The notes under the pieces: model-generated | What the model was told of the DNA's origin: nothing | Databases searched by the model: none | What the model saw: only the letters and a program-made list of their open reading frames with translations | Program-made: the position numbers and the translations under genes | Assembly: GCA_951406725.2 (NCBI GenBank) | Contig: OX597815.1 | Location: 197,470,001-197,534,000, forward strand | Source of the DNA: Octopus vulgaris | Taxonomy: Eukaryota | Direction of reading: 5' to 3' | DNA: 64,000 nucleotides | Shown here: positions 39,801 to 54,387 of the stretch, piece by piece | Numbering within the stretch: position 1 is the first letter of the stretch | How the letters are laid out: each line of letters begins with the position of its first letter

Positions 39801-40611
39801 CTGGATGCGGTGAATAAACAGTCTAAATTACGCAAAAATGAAAATAACACTGACATCTCATTTTAACAGATATATTTACCAAAATTATATAAAAGTTTCT
39901 TGAAGTGCTAAAAAATAAACTTATTCAGTAAAATTGCCATTGGCTTCAATCACTGCCTCCAAACAACTTCAGAATTTCTTGCAACTCTTCTAGATGGTCT
40001 CCTTGTTTAAGTTGGGGAATGTTCCCATAATCCTTGCCTACAGTTCATCGTTGGTGTTACAAGGAATTTTGTTGGTCTCTCAATGAACTGTACTCCACAC
40101 ATAATAATCAAGGGTTTGCAGTCTGGGGAGTTAGGTGACCAGGTGTTAGGGGCGGTGTGGTCCCCGAAATTGTCTGACAGCCATGAATGTATTCTCCTGC
40201 TTGAGTGGCATGATGCGGAGTCCCGTTGCCAAATACAGAGATTTCTAGCAGCCACCCTCTTGACCCAGAACCTCACTACCTCCCCCAAGAACGTGATGTA
40301 GGTATCTGTGCTGAGTTTGACGCTGTGTGGAAAGATGAATGGAAGCATAACATCGCCATCACTAATGATTACTCTGTTTTGGGACGCTTCAAGCTCTGAA
40401 ATATTCGTATTGGAGTTTCCGGAGCGAATGCCAAGCGGTATAGCATGTCGTTTCAAAATTTCTGTAGAGCAACTTCCGCCATGGGGCTGTTTTTCTCACA
40501 GACGGTTCCTATGACCTTACTATACTGTGTAGTCACCAAAATCAAAAACGAACAATGCACATGCGCGAAACTAAATATATAAGATGCCGACAATTTACCC
40601 ATCGCACCCTG
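39801..40611 (-). mobile_element. Tc1/mariner DD37D (maT-type) element, internally deleted
   Basis: WQRDSASCH...WSPNSPDCKPL(D)YYVW with 37 residues between the aspartates (across a frameshift); imperfect TIRs ctggatgcggtgaataaacagtc / gacaatttacccatcgcaccctg; TA flanks. Confidence 0.85.
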
Positions 40612-41497
40612 TATATATACAGAAGCACTACTTCTTGCAGCCGTTCTGGTGCTTATCTTTATGTAACATAATTTCTCACAGCAAAAAAACTGCGAAGAAA
40701 TAGTAGCATTAATTTTTATATATCTGGTATAAATGCTCTGCTATGCTGCCTATTTCTAGCCATGCTTATTTCGCTGTTTTATGCAATATAGATATTTCAA
40801 AAATAAATCGCACATTCCCTGTGTTATTGCTTTATAAGTTTGTTTGTTTTTTCTTCAAAGTATCGTCAATAACATATCTTCATCAACTGAATTTAAAGCA
40901 AAGATTTTGTCTCGCTACCTCTTTGATTAATCGAAAAACGCATAACAGAGTTTAAGGAAGCCTTCCTCCTTCTAACTTACACATATTTTGTACTTAGGGA
41001 GAACGTTTCTGTACATATTCTCGCTAGTGAATTCTTTAGCGATTATCGTTAAGGAATATAAGCTAGTGCCTGGTTTATCTTGGTAGTCATTCCTCTCTTT
41101 CTTCTCTCAATTTACCGGTCGACAGTTTTTCATTGATTTATAGTAACGATAACCGGGATGTCAATTCAGTTAATAACTGTTGATACCGTGAAGTCATCTG
41201 ACCTAATTGGTCATTACATAAATATTTGTAATTCTTTTTGTATTCAATTCTTCTAATTTCCCTTCATTTCTTATGATAGTTCGATACGGCATCAAACGGT
41301 GGAGGTCACCGGCTTTTTCTTGCAGACAAAACTGTCATGTTCGGCACAACAATTTTAATTTTGTTTCTATTTATATCTTACTTTGGATGTTACATACCTG
41401 CATTACTCAGTCACGTGTAATTCATTTGGTTGTTACTTGCATAATTATAAATATTTTGTAAAACACAAAACGTGAAATTAGAGCCAACTGTTTCAGA

Positions 41498-41584
<87 letters not shown>

Positions 41585-42507
41585 CATATGTATAGTGCAG
41601 CTAATAACCTTCTAAGTTACAATGATGTGAAAAATCTACATTGAATATTGTATTATACATTAAACGAGGCAGGTGTAACTTTTTGATCGTCAAGGTAAGT
41701 TAAAGCATTTTAAAATCCATAGTGCATGCATGCAATGTAACTCAATTAGGATTACTCACTTAGCTTTCGTGTCTCTAGATAACATTTTAAATTCAATTTG
41801 TTGAGGTTTATTTTGTTCTCCACTGTACACATGGTTACTTTTCTAAATGTAGCTGCAGACTAACATGAATCTAAATAATATGAAGTTATCTCCAATAAAT
41901 AAAACACAATGTCAATACTGAGGTGTTGTTTTTCTGAATATTGCGGTAATAAATTGATATATCAAATTACCATCAACAACAGACAACCAGTTATCCATTC
42001 CCCCCTCATTCTGCTTAATCATACAACAAACTCAGCACTAAAACAAAACTACGTACAGATGGTTCTTGTGTCACACATATAAACCATTTATAGAATGTTG
42101 TCCATCTTTATCAAGTATCTTCATGAACAGACACGAACTTCTATCGAATCACTAAGTCTTCTGAATAATACGAATGAAATTATTCAAGTCTTATCTAAGT
42201 GTCTTTTTAGCATCACGAATAAAGCTGTCTGTTGTGGATTCAAAATGTGTTTATTATTTAATAGTCACAGAAGCAATGAGTTGTGAATTATATATGCACA
42301 ACAAACAACATTCAAGAAAGCAATTAAATTGTAGACATGATGTCTATTTAGAACATATTAATAATACTGGTTTCTTATTTAGGCACAAAACCAATTATCC
42401 AGTAAATCATATGCGTTTGAATAAATGCTTGTCTTTTATTGATACTTAAGAAACCAAGAAAGAAGAAATGGAGAACGAGTGAGAAAGAGAATGAGAGAGA
42501 GAGAACA

Positions 42508-42550
<43 letters not shown>

Positions 42551-43399
42551 GAAGAAAAAAGAGAGAATAGTATAATTGATTCGACTACGAAATTAAATAC
42601 TCTAATGCATCACATCTAGTAAAATAGGACATGGCGCCAGAAAATAAAATAGTTTCAACCTAACAATGAAAAAAAAAAGAACAAGGTCTTTCATTCCGAC
42701 GCGCGACAGTCGTTCTATTTATTCATTTGTTAGCCATGAGAATAATTCTTGTGCACTATCAGTTTATTTCTATAAATTTATATATATATATAAATTCAAA
42801 CCTTTTCCGAGTAAAATAGTTTCTCTTGGTACATCACAAAACAAACGACAATCTGATTATGTTTACAGAATGTAGGCACTAAAACTTTCTAGCCCTTCCT
42901 CGTAAAAAACTTCTTCATAATTTTGATACCTTTACAAATTTTGCTTGAAAATTGAATGACAATTTACGCGGGCTGTCAGGGACTGATGAACACCTAAGTC
43001 AGTGATGTTAAGCTGGAATATTGTTACATGGAAAGTTCGCAAAAATAGGGATTTTGAAAAACATTACGGGTCCCTGAAATAGGGTGTGGTGAAGATATGA
43101 CACCAGCTATAAGAAGTGGAAGTGATACCATTGGTAAAGAGAGCGTAAGGGAAATCTAGACCCGATGTTTTAGTGTTTGGAGAGTTTTAATTTATTAAAA
43201 TATCCAGTTAACATTATTTACTATATTAGCTCAGTCATTTATGTGCCTAAGCACACTTGCCCATTCTGACACTATCTGGAGCTTTTCGAGTGTTAAACAT
43301 ATCGAAACTAACGTAGTATTGCCCACTAAGAGCCCTGTTAAACAAAAAATTACCTCAAAATCTAAAGGCTAGGTACATATGAATTAGTCTTACTTCCAC

Positions 43400-43957
43400 G
43401 TGGTGTGGCTTTGTTTTGTAATGCTTCTCTGTTTGGCGATTTTCGTGAGGCTGAAACGAAGGAAGAGATTCCATGAAATTCTGTTTTCTCCCGGCGAAGA
43501 TGACGGCAAAAACAATTGTCATGCTTCAAACAGTTTATAAGGAAGCTGACATGTGCAAAATACACGTTTACGAGTTATTTTTACGCTTTAGGAATGGTCA
43601 CCTTTCGCTTAAAAACCAACCTCCTTCAGGATGACCGTCGACCTCTCGATCGAATGAAAACATGAAATTTCATGAACTGTTTTCGGAGGACAGTCACCGA
43701 ACGATTGTCGAACTTGTTGATATGAATTGTGTGTCATGGAGCTCCTGCCAATGAATTTTGATGAGGGATTGCGACTGAAATGAGTTACAGAAATTTGCAA
43801 GAGTTCCAGCACTGCTTTGAATAGTGGAAAACGCACCTGCACCGATGCATTGCTTCAAATGAAGAATACTTTGAAGTCGATAAATGTGTAAACATGTAAA
43901 ATAAGTGGATAAAATAATATTCTCCAAACTCGGGTTTCTTTTGGGTAGCCCCACGTA
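43400..43957 (+). mobile_element. Mariner remnant, internally deleted
   Basis: MKFCFLPAKMTAKTIVMLQTVYKEADMCKIHVYELFLRFRNG fused to C-terminal CFE*WKTHLHRCIASNEEYFE; right TIR-like end ...tagccccacgta. Confidence 0.75.
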
Positions 43958-44229
43958 TTTAATTTCTGTGAGCAGAAATAAAAGTGTGACCAACAGTATG
44001 TACTGCATTTGAAAATCAGTACCAACAAACACATGATACGGGTCTATATTAAGATAGTAAGTGACCAGGATCTAAGCATTGCAAAATCTTTGTTCATTTT
44101 TACATAATCTGCGTATCAATGTAGGCTAAATTTGATTAAAATGCATATCTTTTTTCTCTTATGAGCATGAAATTTCATCTGGTAAAATTCAGAATGCAAT
44201 AATCCAGGTCACAATACCAAGCCTGAACA

Positions 44230-45030
44230 AATTAATTTATCACCACAATCAAACCCTTGACCTCCGAATAGCTGTTTCACCGAAACTCTGCAATTTCAAT
44301 ATCCTGTTAGCGGAATTGATAAGCATGATAAGAAAACTTGCCCCGCACGTTGGATTCAACGGAATCAGAGAGATATATACAAAACTCCATCCACCGCATG
44401 CAGATCTCTGGATACAGACAGGAAGACAGAATCAGGATGCACAAAGGACGTGTGGCAACATTCAAGAGCATCTTAGAGAATGATGCAAATGTAATCCATT
44501 CGATGTATAAGAGCAGAGACATAACAACGAGGAAGATAGGTAAGGTCAACTCTTGGTATGACAATAAAAATACCAGAGTGTAATGTTTTTCCATGCTATC
44601 ATTTTAGAAAATCCTTAGATAAGAATTAGAATATTAAAATGGCTGAGGAATCCTATAAAATATCTGATCGAACATACCCGTTTGAAAGAACCTGCTGTGC
44701 TGATATCGGCTTTATAGTCGCGGAGTAAGCCCAAGATAAACTTTAAAAATACGTAAGTAATCTATAGTATAAGATGTATATAGGGGTGGTGCAGAAGGAG
44801 CAAAACGACATACGTAGAAGAGGTAACTGGTAGCCTAGGTGACAGGATGAGTTAACACTGGCGGGAGATCAAGGAAGTGCTATAGTATTATGCTAAACTA
44901 GATCATGTGGGCTGGGTAGAGAACATAAATGTTAGGATCTTTTTCAGACGCATTCAACATACACAACAATCGAAGACTATACACATAACAGAAAATTGAC
45001 TGAGACTCAAGAGAAAAGCGAATTCTGTAG
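44230..45030 (+). mobile_element. Degraded Penelope-like element (post-RT linker and GIY-YIG)
   Basis: IHRMQISGYRQEDR...MYKSR...NSWY...YQSVMF, then VIYSIRC...GDRMS*HW. Confidence 0.55.
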
Positions 45031-45430
45031 CTTCACCTCATAACCCTCAACACGACAACTAAAAACACAAACATATAGTAACAGAGGTAAATGCATGCGC
45101 ATATGGAGATACATACCACAGAAAGAGATGACAAAACCTAAGAGAGGAAGAGATACGAGAAACAGAAATTCACTGAAGAGAACACAAGATCTATAACGAA
45201 AGAACTTATGAAATTAAATAATAATAATGCACCTAAAATGAAGATCAAATAAGCAGTGCGTGTATTTACTGGCAACAAAAACTGACCTTCCCCCAATATA
45301 ACAATATCTGTTGCTACACACATTTTCACATCAAGGATGTAGTAAAACAAATAAGGAATCATATATAGTATTTCTTTCATTACATAATGATATTAATATT
45401 TATAATTGTTATAATATTTAAATTTCTAAC

Positions 45431-45826
45431 GCGGCGAGGTGACAGAAACGTTAGCACACCGGGCGAAATCCCTAGCGGCATTTCGTCTGCCGTTACGTCC
45501 TGAGTTCAAATTCCGCCGAGGTCAACTTTGCCTTTCATCCTTTCGGGATCGATAAATTAAGTACCAGTTACGCACTGGGGTCGATACAATCGACTTAATC
45601 CGTTTGTCTGTCCTTGTTTGTCCCCTCTGTGTTTAGCCCTTTGTGGGCAATAAAGGAATAGGTATTTCGTCTTTCTATACGTTCTGAGTTCAAATTTCGC
45701 CGAGGTCGACTTTACCTTTCATACCTTCGGTGTCGATAAATTATGTACCAGTTGAGTACTGGGATCGATCTAATCGACTGGCCTTCCCCCCATAATTTCG
45801 AGCCTGTACCTAGAGTAGAAAAGAAT
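45431..45826 (+). mobile_element. SINE family C, dimeric
   Basis: Two tandem copies of gagttcaaatt(c/t)cgccgaggtc...cctttcat...cgataaatta.gtaccagtt...actggg.tcgat with different 3' tails. Confidence 0.85.
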
Positions 45827-48062
45827 ATTCTAAGTTCTAAGAATCTCAGATATCTCTCTTTCAACTGTTGAGAATTTAGTATAATTCGTGTATATAATAT
45901 TTATAGTAAACTAAATTAGAACATGATGATATGAGAGTAACGTTAGTGGTAATTAAATCAATGGTAGAAATAAAAGAAGTGATGTCATTATATCACAGGT
46001 CCCCGCCCTACGTTTGTGGTGGATTACTTGCAAAAGATGGCTGCAATAATAACAGTAGTGATAAAAATTACAATATCACCCTTAGTCACTCAAATGCCAT
46101 GGAAATATCGATACGATCCGGTATAATGGTCTTATATGCCGGAAACATCGTGGAATTATTTTGTACATACGCACATGCATATAATTCAGTCACACGAGAA
46201 GCACATCCATATTTGTGAAATATTCTGCAGGATATTTGTCTATACAGATTGCCATTAGATTCACTGGACACAGTTTTTTATAATACAATATATAATCCGT
46301 ACTGTACCAGATCATATGCAACATGCAACTGTTTAAATTTATGGGCGTTGTAGATAGAACATGATGTCCTTATTCTGCCAGCCATTGTGATTCATTGAGT
46401 AATAATGAATTCTTAATTACGAATGAGTTATTAGGGTTAGGTTGGATGGAATGTTTTCATTATCACCTTCGTCAATTTCTTAAGAAATCTATACGTAGCG
46501 GTAAGGGAATATATTTCAATGGGAAATCGATAATTGGCAACAATGCAGTTCACCAATAATTTCCTCCTGCTCCATGCATGTGCCAAAACAGTAATTTATT
46601 TCCTAATTTTCCAAACTATCTATTTCAAGGAGGGTGATTTTGAGTCAATCCTGTCGAGTGTTATATTGGGAATAAAAGAGCGTTAACGTATATAACCATA
46701 GCAGGATGAATGTTGATGCCAATGAAATACCACGAGAGAGACATATTGTATCGCATTTCATGAAATTATCCCGGTAATAAGAATACGTCTTTGCCAAATG
46801 GAATGCGTTGCTATTAAATCATCAACGCTGATGAAGTACAAATGCAAGGAAAGCAATAATGTTTACGAAACACAATATATAGAAATTAACGTGTTTTCTT
46901 CTTATTTTAATATGCTCTTCTGCTGAAAATGCAACGATTAAAATGCATGTTTTACGAGAGAAGAAAAAATGTCACAAGATATCGAATTTTATTATGACAA
47001 AGGTTTTTGAGGATTAAAAACTTAACTGTTGAAAATTCTTTACTAAAGAAACATTTTGCTAGATAAGTTATTATTAGCATTTTAGTTAATAGCCTTCATT
47101 TACTGTAAATATTTAGTTCATTTTATATATAATGTATCATCTTCAAAATTTATTTTTACGTCATAAATATTAGTTAATCTATCTCATATCTTGTCTCGTC
47201 TAATCGGTCTTGATTTACTGTCTTATGCATCATCTTTAGATCTTAAAACACGTGACTTGTGATGGAAATATTTTAATTGGGACTACATTGTTCTCAATAA
47301 GAGAAGATATACGTTCGATAGAAAATGCAGACACTCGAATTCACATAACTAATAGATAATTCAGAAAATGATGTCTGTATAAGCGAACTGAAAATCGTCA
47401 GCTTCAAAATATTTATTTTAACTGAATAGAACACTGGTTACGTAGTTTATTAACTAGTGTATAATGATAATGATAATGACTACGAAAACGATGACAACGA
47501 CGACGATGATGATTATGATGATGTGGGCAATATGGTAACTTGCTGCTACACATTTGTCATTTCATCTTGATAATCTCCAAGAAAACTGGAAATAGATACA
47601 AATAACTAAAAATTGAATCGACTCTGAGTAAAATACTATATATTATAGAATTAATATATCACACAGAAAGAATCTTCGTAAAAAAACTACAAGGTTTAAG
47701 TATCATACTTGAAATTTAAAACATTTAAAACACTCTCACTTGTTTACGGCAAGTTCGAAAACTTTCCAAAGCAAATTCTAAGTTTCCAATTAGTCGGTAA
47801 CATTTGGTATCTTAGAATATTAACAAGAACAAATATATGAGAGCAATTTTTGTTTCGTTATTGAAAGTTATCAAAAGGCGAAATCTTCTGGTAAACTTAA
47901 TTTTTTCTTTGTTATGTTTACTTGTTACCGCATTATCGTGTACTACGTAAATATAGCAATAACGTAATTTGATATCTTTTGTTGTAAACAAATTGGTCAC
48001 ATTTTTTCAAACATTTTTTAAATGTAGAATTACACAAGTTTTCCTTTCTATCATACTGAAAA

Positions 48063-48159
<97 letters not shown>

Positions 48160-48318
48160 ATCTATTTAATACATCGCATTCGACAATAGATTAACTGGCT
48201 GAAACATCGAAGCTTCTGCCAAAAAAACCCTCTTGTTTTAAAAGAATAATAAATTTGTACACTACATGTATACATATATACTTATGCATACATACATATC
48301 TACCTACATACATACATG

Positions 48319-48367
<49 letters not shown>

Positions 48368-48424
48368 ACATATATATATATATACATATATACATATATA
48401 TATATACATACACTCATATATATG

Positions 48425-48462
<38 letters not shown>

Positions 48463-48549
48463 CTTTTATCTAATAAATTCAAAAAATTATCTGATCCCAG
48501 TTCGAAGAAATATTTTCCATTTCACTCCCTCTTTCTATACACACACATA

Positions 48550-48590
<41 letters not shown>

Positions 48591-48619
48591 TTGAATATGT
48601 GACCGCGTGTGTATCGTTG

Positions 48620-48805
48620 GCGATTTTCTTTCTCTGTCCTCTCTTCTTTGGAATTTTTTTATATTTCTGATGAAGAGCTCCACTCGAAACGTGATATTCT
48701 CTTTCTTTTCTTTCCTTTCCTGAGCGTCCAATAACACACTACTTGTTCCACATCCACGCATTGTTGGTTTTTCTTCCTTGTTCATTTGTTCATGTTTGGA
48801 ATGAC
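48620..48805 (+). mobile_element. Penelope-like tail with degenerate minimal hammerhead
   Basis: CTGATGA-a-gagctccactc-GAAA-cg at 48667-48691; ends at (TA)n, tail-to-tail with the next element. Confidence 0.6.
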
Positions 48806-48817
48806 TATATATATATA

Positions 48818-50243
48818 GTTGAAATTCATAGAAAAACAAAAGACGGAGATAGGTATTTGAGCAACTAGATGTATTAGTTTAACGCTCGAGAATATGTAAA
48901 AGTCGTTTGCCTTTCGAGTCTACGCACTGGTGAGAGAATGAATAAAAGACTTGTAGATTTAGTGGTCATGTATGGCGAATGACTATAAAAGTTTGAAAGA
49001 AAAGTTGAAAAAAGGGAGATAATAAAGTGTTGCTGATTTCAAATGAAGGTGCACGCGTGTGTGTGTGTATGGAAGATCGGTGTGTGTGAATAGTGACTAG
49101 TTACTCTGACGTATGTGAGTGTGTGCGTGCGTAAGTCTCTACGTCTGTAACGTGTATGTTGAGATGTGCTTTTCGACGTGGCCTGTGAATATGTGTATGT
49201 GTGTGTGACCAAACTGTGTGCATGTGTAAGGTGTGTATATGTAGGTGTAACTTAACTTTATGTATGTAGCGTGTGTTGCGTGCGCATATATACATAACTT
49301 GTGTTCAGGTATCATGAGCTTGTGTGGGCGTGGGAGCGTGCATGATAGCATGTGGTGTGTATACGCAGTTACACTGTGTGTGTGGCTGCTTTTATAGTGG
49401 TACGTGCGGTGGCGCTATTGTAGATTATATGTGTGTGTGTGTGGATGATGGTGTAGGTGTGTAGATGACAGTGTGTGGTGTGGGTGCTGTGAAGCGGTCA
49501 GTATTAGTGTGTGTGTAGTGGTGTGATGTGGTGTGGTGTTGTGGGGGTGGTATCGTGTTTTGCTGTTGTGAGGGTGTTGTGGGGTGTTGTGGGGGTGGTG
49601 TGGTGTACAGTGTTGGTGGGGTGAAGGAAATGGATTGGTGTGGGGTGGTATCAATGAAGAGAGGAAATAGGTGGAACTGAAGAGAGGAGATAGGTGTCAG
49701 ATGAAGAGAGAAGGGGAATTGAGCCCATGTGATGCAAAGGAGCGAAGAGAGAAAGTTAATTCCTGTTCACAGCAAAGGCAGGAATCCGGGTGGCCTCTGT
49801 GCAAAGATACTCCGAACACGGATATTGTTGTGAATGGCCGTAGAGCGGAAATGGTGCAAGGCCGGGCTGTCATTGCCGAGTCTGATATGTCGGAGGTGCT
49901 CTCCGAAGCGGTCAGCTGAGCGACGTCCCGTTTTACCGATGTAGAAGGAAGGGCAGAAAGAGCAAGAAATGCAGTAAATGATGTTACTAGAAGTGTAGGT
50001 AAAGGAGTCGGTGAGGTGACAGACAATGATAGGTGCTTGTGCGAATGTTAGTGATGGAGAGGTAGTGGCGGGTACGACAGCATGGACGCGAGCAAAGGAA
50101 CGAGCCAGGCTGAGAGGTGGGGTTAGGGAAGAGTCTGTGGACTATAATGTCACGCAAGTTATGGACTCGTTTGAAGGAGAGAAGGGCAATGGGAAACGAG
50201 TTATAAAGTGGAATGAGGAAGCCAAGAAACTGGAAGAATATCA
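48818..50243 (-). mobile_element. Penelope-like (Neptune-type) element, 5'-truncated: GIY-YIG domain, CA-rich 3' region and tail
   Basis: FKRVHNLRDIIVH...CSRPCCRT...SSNIIYCISCSFCPSFYIGKTGRRSADRFGEHL...HF...EQEL...HGLN at 49697-50200 (frameshifted); TA tracts at both ends. Confidence 0.85.
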
Positions 50244-51088
50244 GTATATATATATAAGTTTCTTAGAGCTTTGGTGATAACTGATAATGATTTAACCAAC
50301 AACGTTATTGCAACAGCTCTGAAAAACTACGGATTTACCAGATCGGTGAAGCAAATGGAGCAGAAAAAAGTTATCCGCTGCTATGCAATTATCTGCCCAC
50401 ACAGGGAAAAACTGGATTCCCTTTAAAAAAAAAACGGTGAATCCTCAAGCGAAACAATTGACTCGGAGAGGAGTAACAATTTAGAAAATCTCAAATATAA
50501 AGTCAAATAAGGATGGCAGAAACAAAGCAACAACTAACGAGGATATTCATGTTCAAGGCGACAAAGCAATTAGAAGAAAAAAATTAAATAAAAGACCTTA
50601 AGAAGAGGAGGCACTACACCACGTCTCAAAACAACGAAAAATTTAAAGGAGCCTAGTGAAAGCCTCATAATCAGACTACTGTGTCAAAAAAGAAACCACA
50701 GAAATAACCAGCAAAAGAATGAGAACAGTACGTGAAATAGGTACCATGTGAAAATTGTTTGCTAGCGTGAGAAAATGGAGTGGGACTGCTGCTTTGATCA
50801 TCCAAAACTCAGGCAGAACGGAATCTATGGTAAGAAGTATTCTCTGCTTAAACTGTAAGCGTCCTGTTGGAAGGATAATATTATGCGCGAAATCTAACAT
50901 GGATATCCTGCCGCCAAATATTTTAACCGAGAAAGCGTGGCAGATTCCTCCTTGCTGATTGCTAATAAAGATAAAGGTTTGGAAAATTAATTGTCTCTTC
51001 TCGTCAATCGCTCATTCAGTTTTGAAATTCCGTTTGGAAATGAACGTGTATGTATGTGTATGTTTGAGTATGTATGTGTGTGTATCTT

Positions 51089-51137
<49 letters not shown>

Positions 51138-51339
51138 AAAAAGGAGGTAGAGAGGTAGAGAGACGTGCTTCCTTTCCGTTAAATTGTTAAGCGTTGAGTC
51201 ACAGTAACAAATGAAGCAAATGTGAAATTATGTAGTCTCAGCAAGCGCGTGTATGCCGGAGCGTAAAGACAATGAACCTGTGAAGTTCCTTGAATAACTG
51301 AAAGTGGCTTTTCTCTGTTAACTTTACTCTCACTCGTAT

Positions 51340-51490
51340 ACTAAACGTTCTGAGTTGAAATTGCACGAAAGTCAACTTTGGATTTAAACCCTACAGGTTC
51401 AATGAAATAAGGCATCAGTCAGTAACTGGGGTCTACGTTACTGAATGACCCCAATTTCTCAAAATCGCTGGTCGTATGCCAAATTATATT
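51340..51490 (+). mobile_element. Degraded SINE family C copy
   Basis: acgttctgagttgaaatt...gtcaactttg...actggggtc. Confidence 0.5.
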
Positions 51491-51532
51491 TTAATTATTT
51501 TTGAATTTGTAGTGGCAGCATCATTTGCAGTA

Positions 51533-51535
51533 ATA

Positions 51536-51587
<52 letters not shown>

Positions 51588-51625
51588 AAGAAGAAGTAGT
51601 ATTAGTATTAGAATTAGTAGTAGTT

Positions 51626-51669
<44 letters not shown>

Positions 51670-51851
51670 TACAGCAGTAGTAATAGTATCATTATTATTA
51701 TCATTATTATTATTAGTAGTAGTAGTAGTAGAAGAAGTAGTATTAGTATTAGAATTAGCAGTAGTAGTAGTTGTAGTAGTAGTAGTTGTAGTAGTAGTAG
51801 TAGTAGTAGAAGTAGTATTAGTATTAGAATCAGTAGTAGTAGTATTAGAAT

Positions 51852-51901
<50 letters not shown>

Positions 51902-51921
51902 TTTGCTGTTGTTGTTGTTGT
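51533..51921. repeat. (TAG)n triplet array with internal duplications
   Basis: Direct inspection. Confidence 0.95.
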
Positions 51922-52823
51922 CAAGGTTGCTTCGTTGGTAGTGGTATTCATAACGTTGCTATTGCTCCCGGTCAGATCGCTTTAATCTTCAACTGTTTAA
52001 ACCCATATCCTCCACATGACAGGCAAATAAAAATGCGCATTAAAAATATAGAAACCTCGCAAGATATCAATATGCTATTTCAAAACGTTTACTGAATATA
52101 ATTCCGTCTTTTATTCCTTGATTTCCATTGCATTGTTATTAACGTTGTTTTTAATAAATTTCTATATTATTTCTGCAGTATTTGCTTCAATTCCATTGTT
52201 TCCATTTAACATGTAAAAAACGCATTTTGTTGCAACACGTAATGCATTCAAAGTTTGAAAATCGGTAATATTGACAGCAATATTCTTTTCATGCTGGAGT
52301 TTGTAATTTTTTTTCTAAGTTTCCTTTTGCTTTCCTTTAACTTTTATAGTCAACATACGAGGAAAATAAAAGTAAGAAAAAAAAAAAAAGAAATTAAGAA
52401 TTTATTTAACGTGACATATCAAATAATCTTTAAAAATATCAGTTAAAAACCTCGTTTGAATTTATGATTTCCATTGCAAAGTTATCTTATTATATTTTTG
52501 TTTTAATTCTAAAGCAAAAATTAATTCTGTTTTCCTGTTTGTGATAATATTCAAGAAACGAAAGAATGCTGGATTTCTACAAATATAATGTTCCCTAACT
52601 CTACACGTGCTTCTTTTAAAAATTGATATTTTTTTTACAAGCATGCATGTAATTGTCGATCTTGGTATACATTTAGACATGCACACACACCAACACACAC
52701 GCACGCAAACAGTCACGCACACACCCATCCCACACACACAAATATATATATATATATATATATATTACCACAGAAGTGCATATATATATATATATATATA
52801 TATACCACAGAAGTGCATAAAAA

Positions 52824-52899
<76 letters not shown>

Positions 52900-53204
52900 A
52901 TGTATATATATGTATACATATATGTGCATGTGTGCACTTTTGTGTGTGGGTGTGGGTGGGTGTGCATGTGTGTTTCTGGGTGTGAATGGGGGTGCATGTG
53001 CTTTCTTGTGTCTGTAATAATAACATGGTATTGCATTTAATCTCCTTTTAAAATATGCAGCAAAGATTTTGGTATTTGATTGCATGTGATATGTGGTACA
53101 CTTCTAAAACAATCCAAAATACACAAAAACTGACATGATCATAGAAAGAAAATCTAAGCATGTATGCGTTGTGTGTGTGTGAGCGTGTGTGTTCCAGAGA
53201 GAGA

Positions 53205-53239
<35 letters not shown>

Positions 53240-53348
53240 TGAGATCTAACGCTACACATGTTACGCAAAGGCAGTGAGATTCTTGGGCATACTAAATGCA
53301 TAAAAACAAGCAAACAAGGATGCATATATATGCATATATACATATGTG

Positions 53349-53384
<36 letters not shown>

Positions 53385-53386
<2 letters not shown>

Positions 53387-53546
53387 CGCAGGAGTGGATG
53401 TGTGGTAAGTAGCTTGCTTACCAACCACATGGTTCTGTGTTCAGTCCCACTGCGTAGCATCTTGGGCAAGTGTCCTCTTCTATAGCCCCGGGCCGACCAA
53501 TGTCTTGTGAGTGGACTTGGTAGACGGAAACTGAAAGAAGCCTGTC

Positions 53547-53597
<51 letters not shown>

Positions 53598-53827
53598 GTG
53601 TGTGTATGTGTTTGTGTGTTTGTGTTTGCCCCTCTAACATTGCTTGATAACCGATGCTGGTGTGTTTACGTCCCCGTCAACTAGCGGTTCGGCAAAAAAA
53701 ACCGATAGAATAAGTACTGGGCTTACAAAGAATAAGTCCCGGGGACGATTTGCTCGACTAAAGGCGGTGCTCCAACATGGCCGCAGTCAAATGACTGAAA
53801 CAAGTAAAAGAGTAAAGAGTAAAGAGT
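53385..53827 (+). mobile_element. SINE family A, full length, in (TA)n
   Basis: Head ggcgcaggagtgg..., tail gactgaaacaagtaaaagagtaaagag. Confidence 0.92.
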
Positions 53828-54129
<302 letters not shown>

Positions 54130-54351
54130 CAAACGTAGGGCAAAAAGAATGAAACGAGCAGAATCGAATGAAACGCAACATGCAGAAAAATAGGCAATAA
54201 CATGACAACAAACAGGATAGAAATAAAACACACGGGCCATTCGGGGCATTCGCACCAATTTTTCTTCATCAGTCGGCTTTTGGAAAGTAATTATAATTTC
54301 ATACCCTTCTAATATCGAGGCTACTCAAATCCAACAAGGTCCCAAGGATTT

Positions 54352-54387
<36 letters not shown>

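Noticed and set aside
46824-46900. CTGATGA...GAAAC motif; also a weak CTGAAGA...GAAA at ~45170-45215
   Set aside because: No convincing stem I (46.8 kb) or stem II (45.2 kb); compatible with chance in AT-rich DNA.
51476-51985. Poly-Val/Thr ORFs
   Set aside because: (TAG)n microsatellite.
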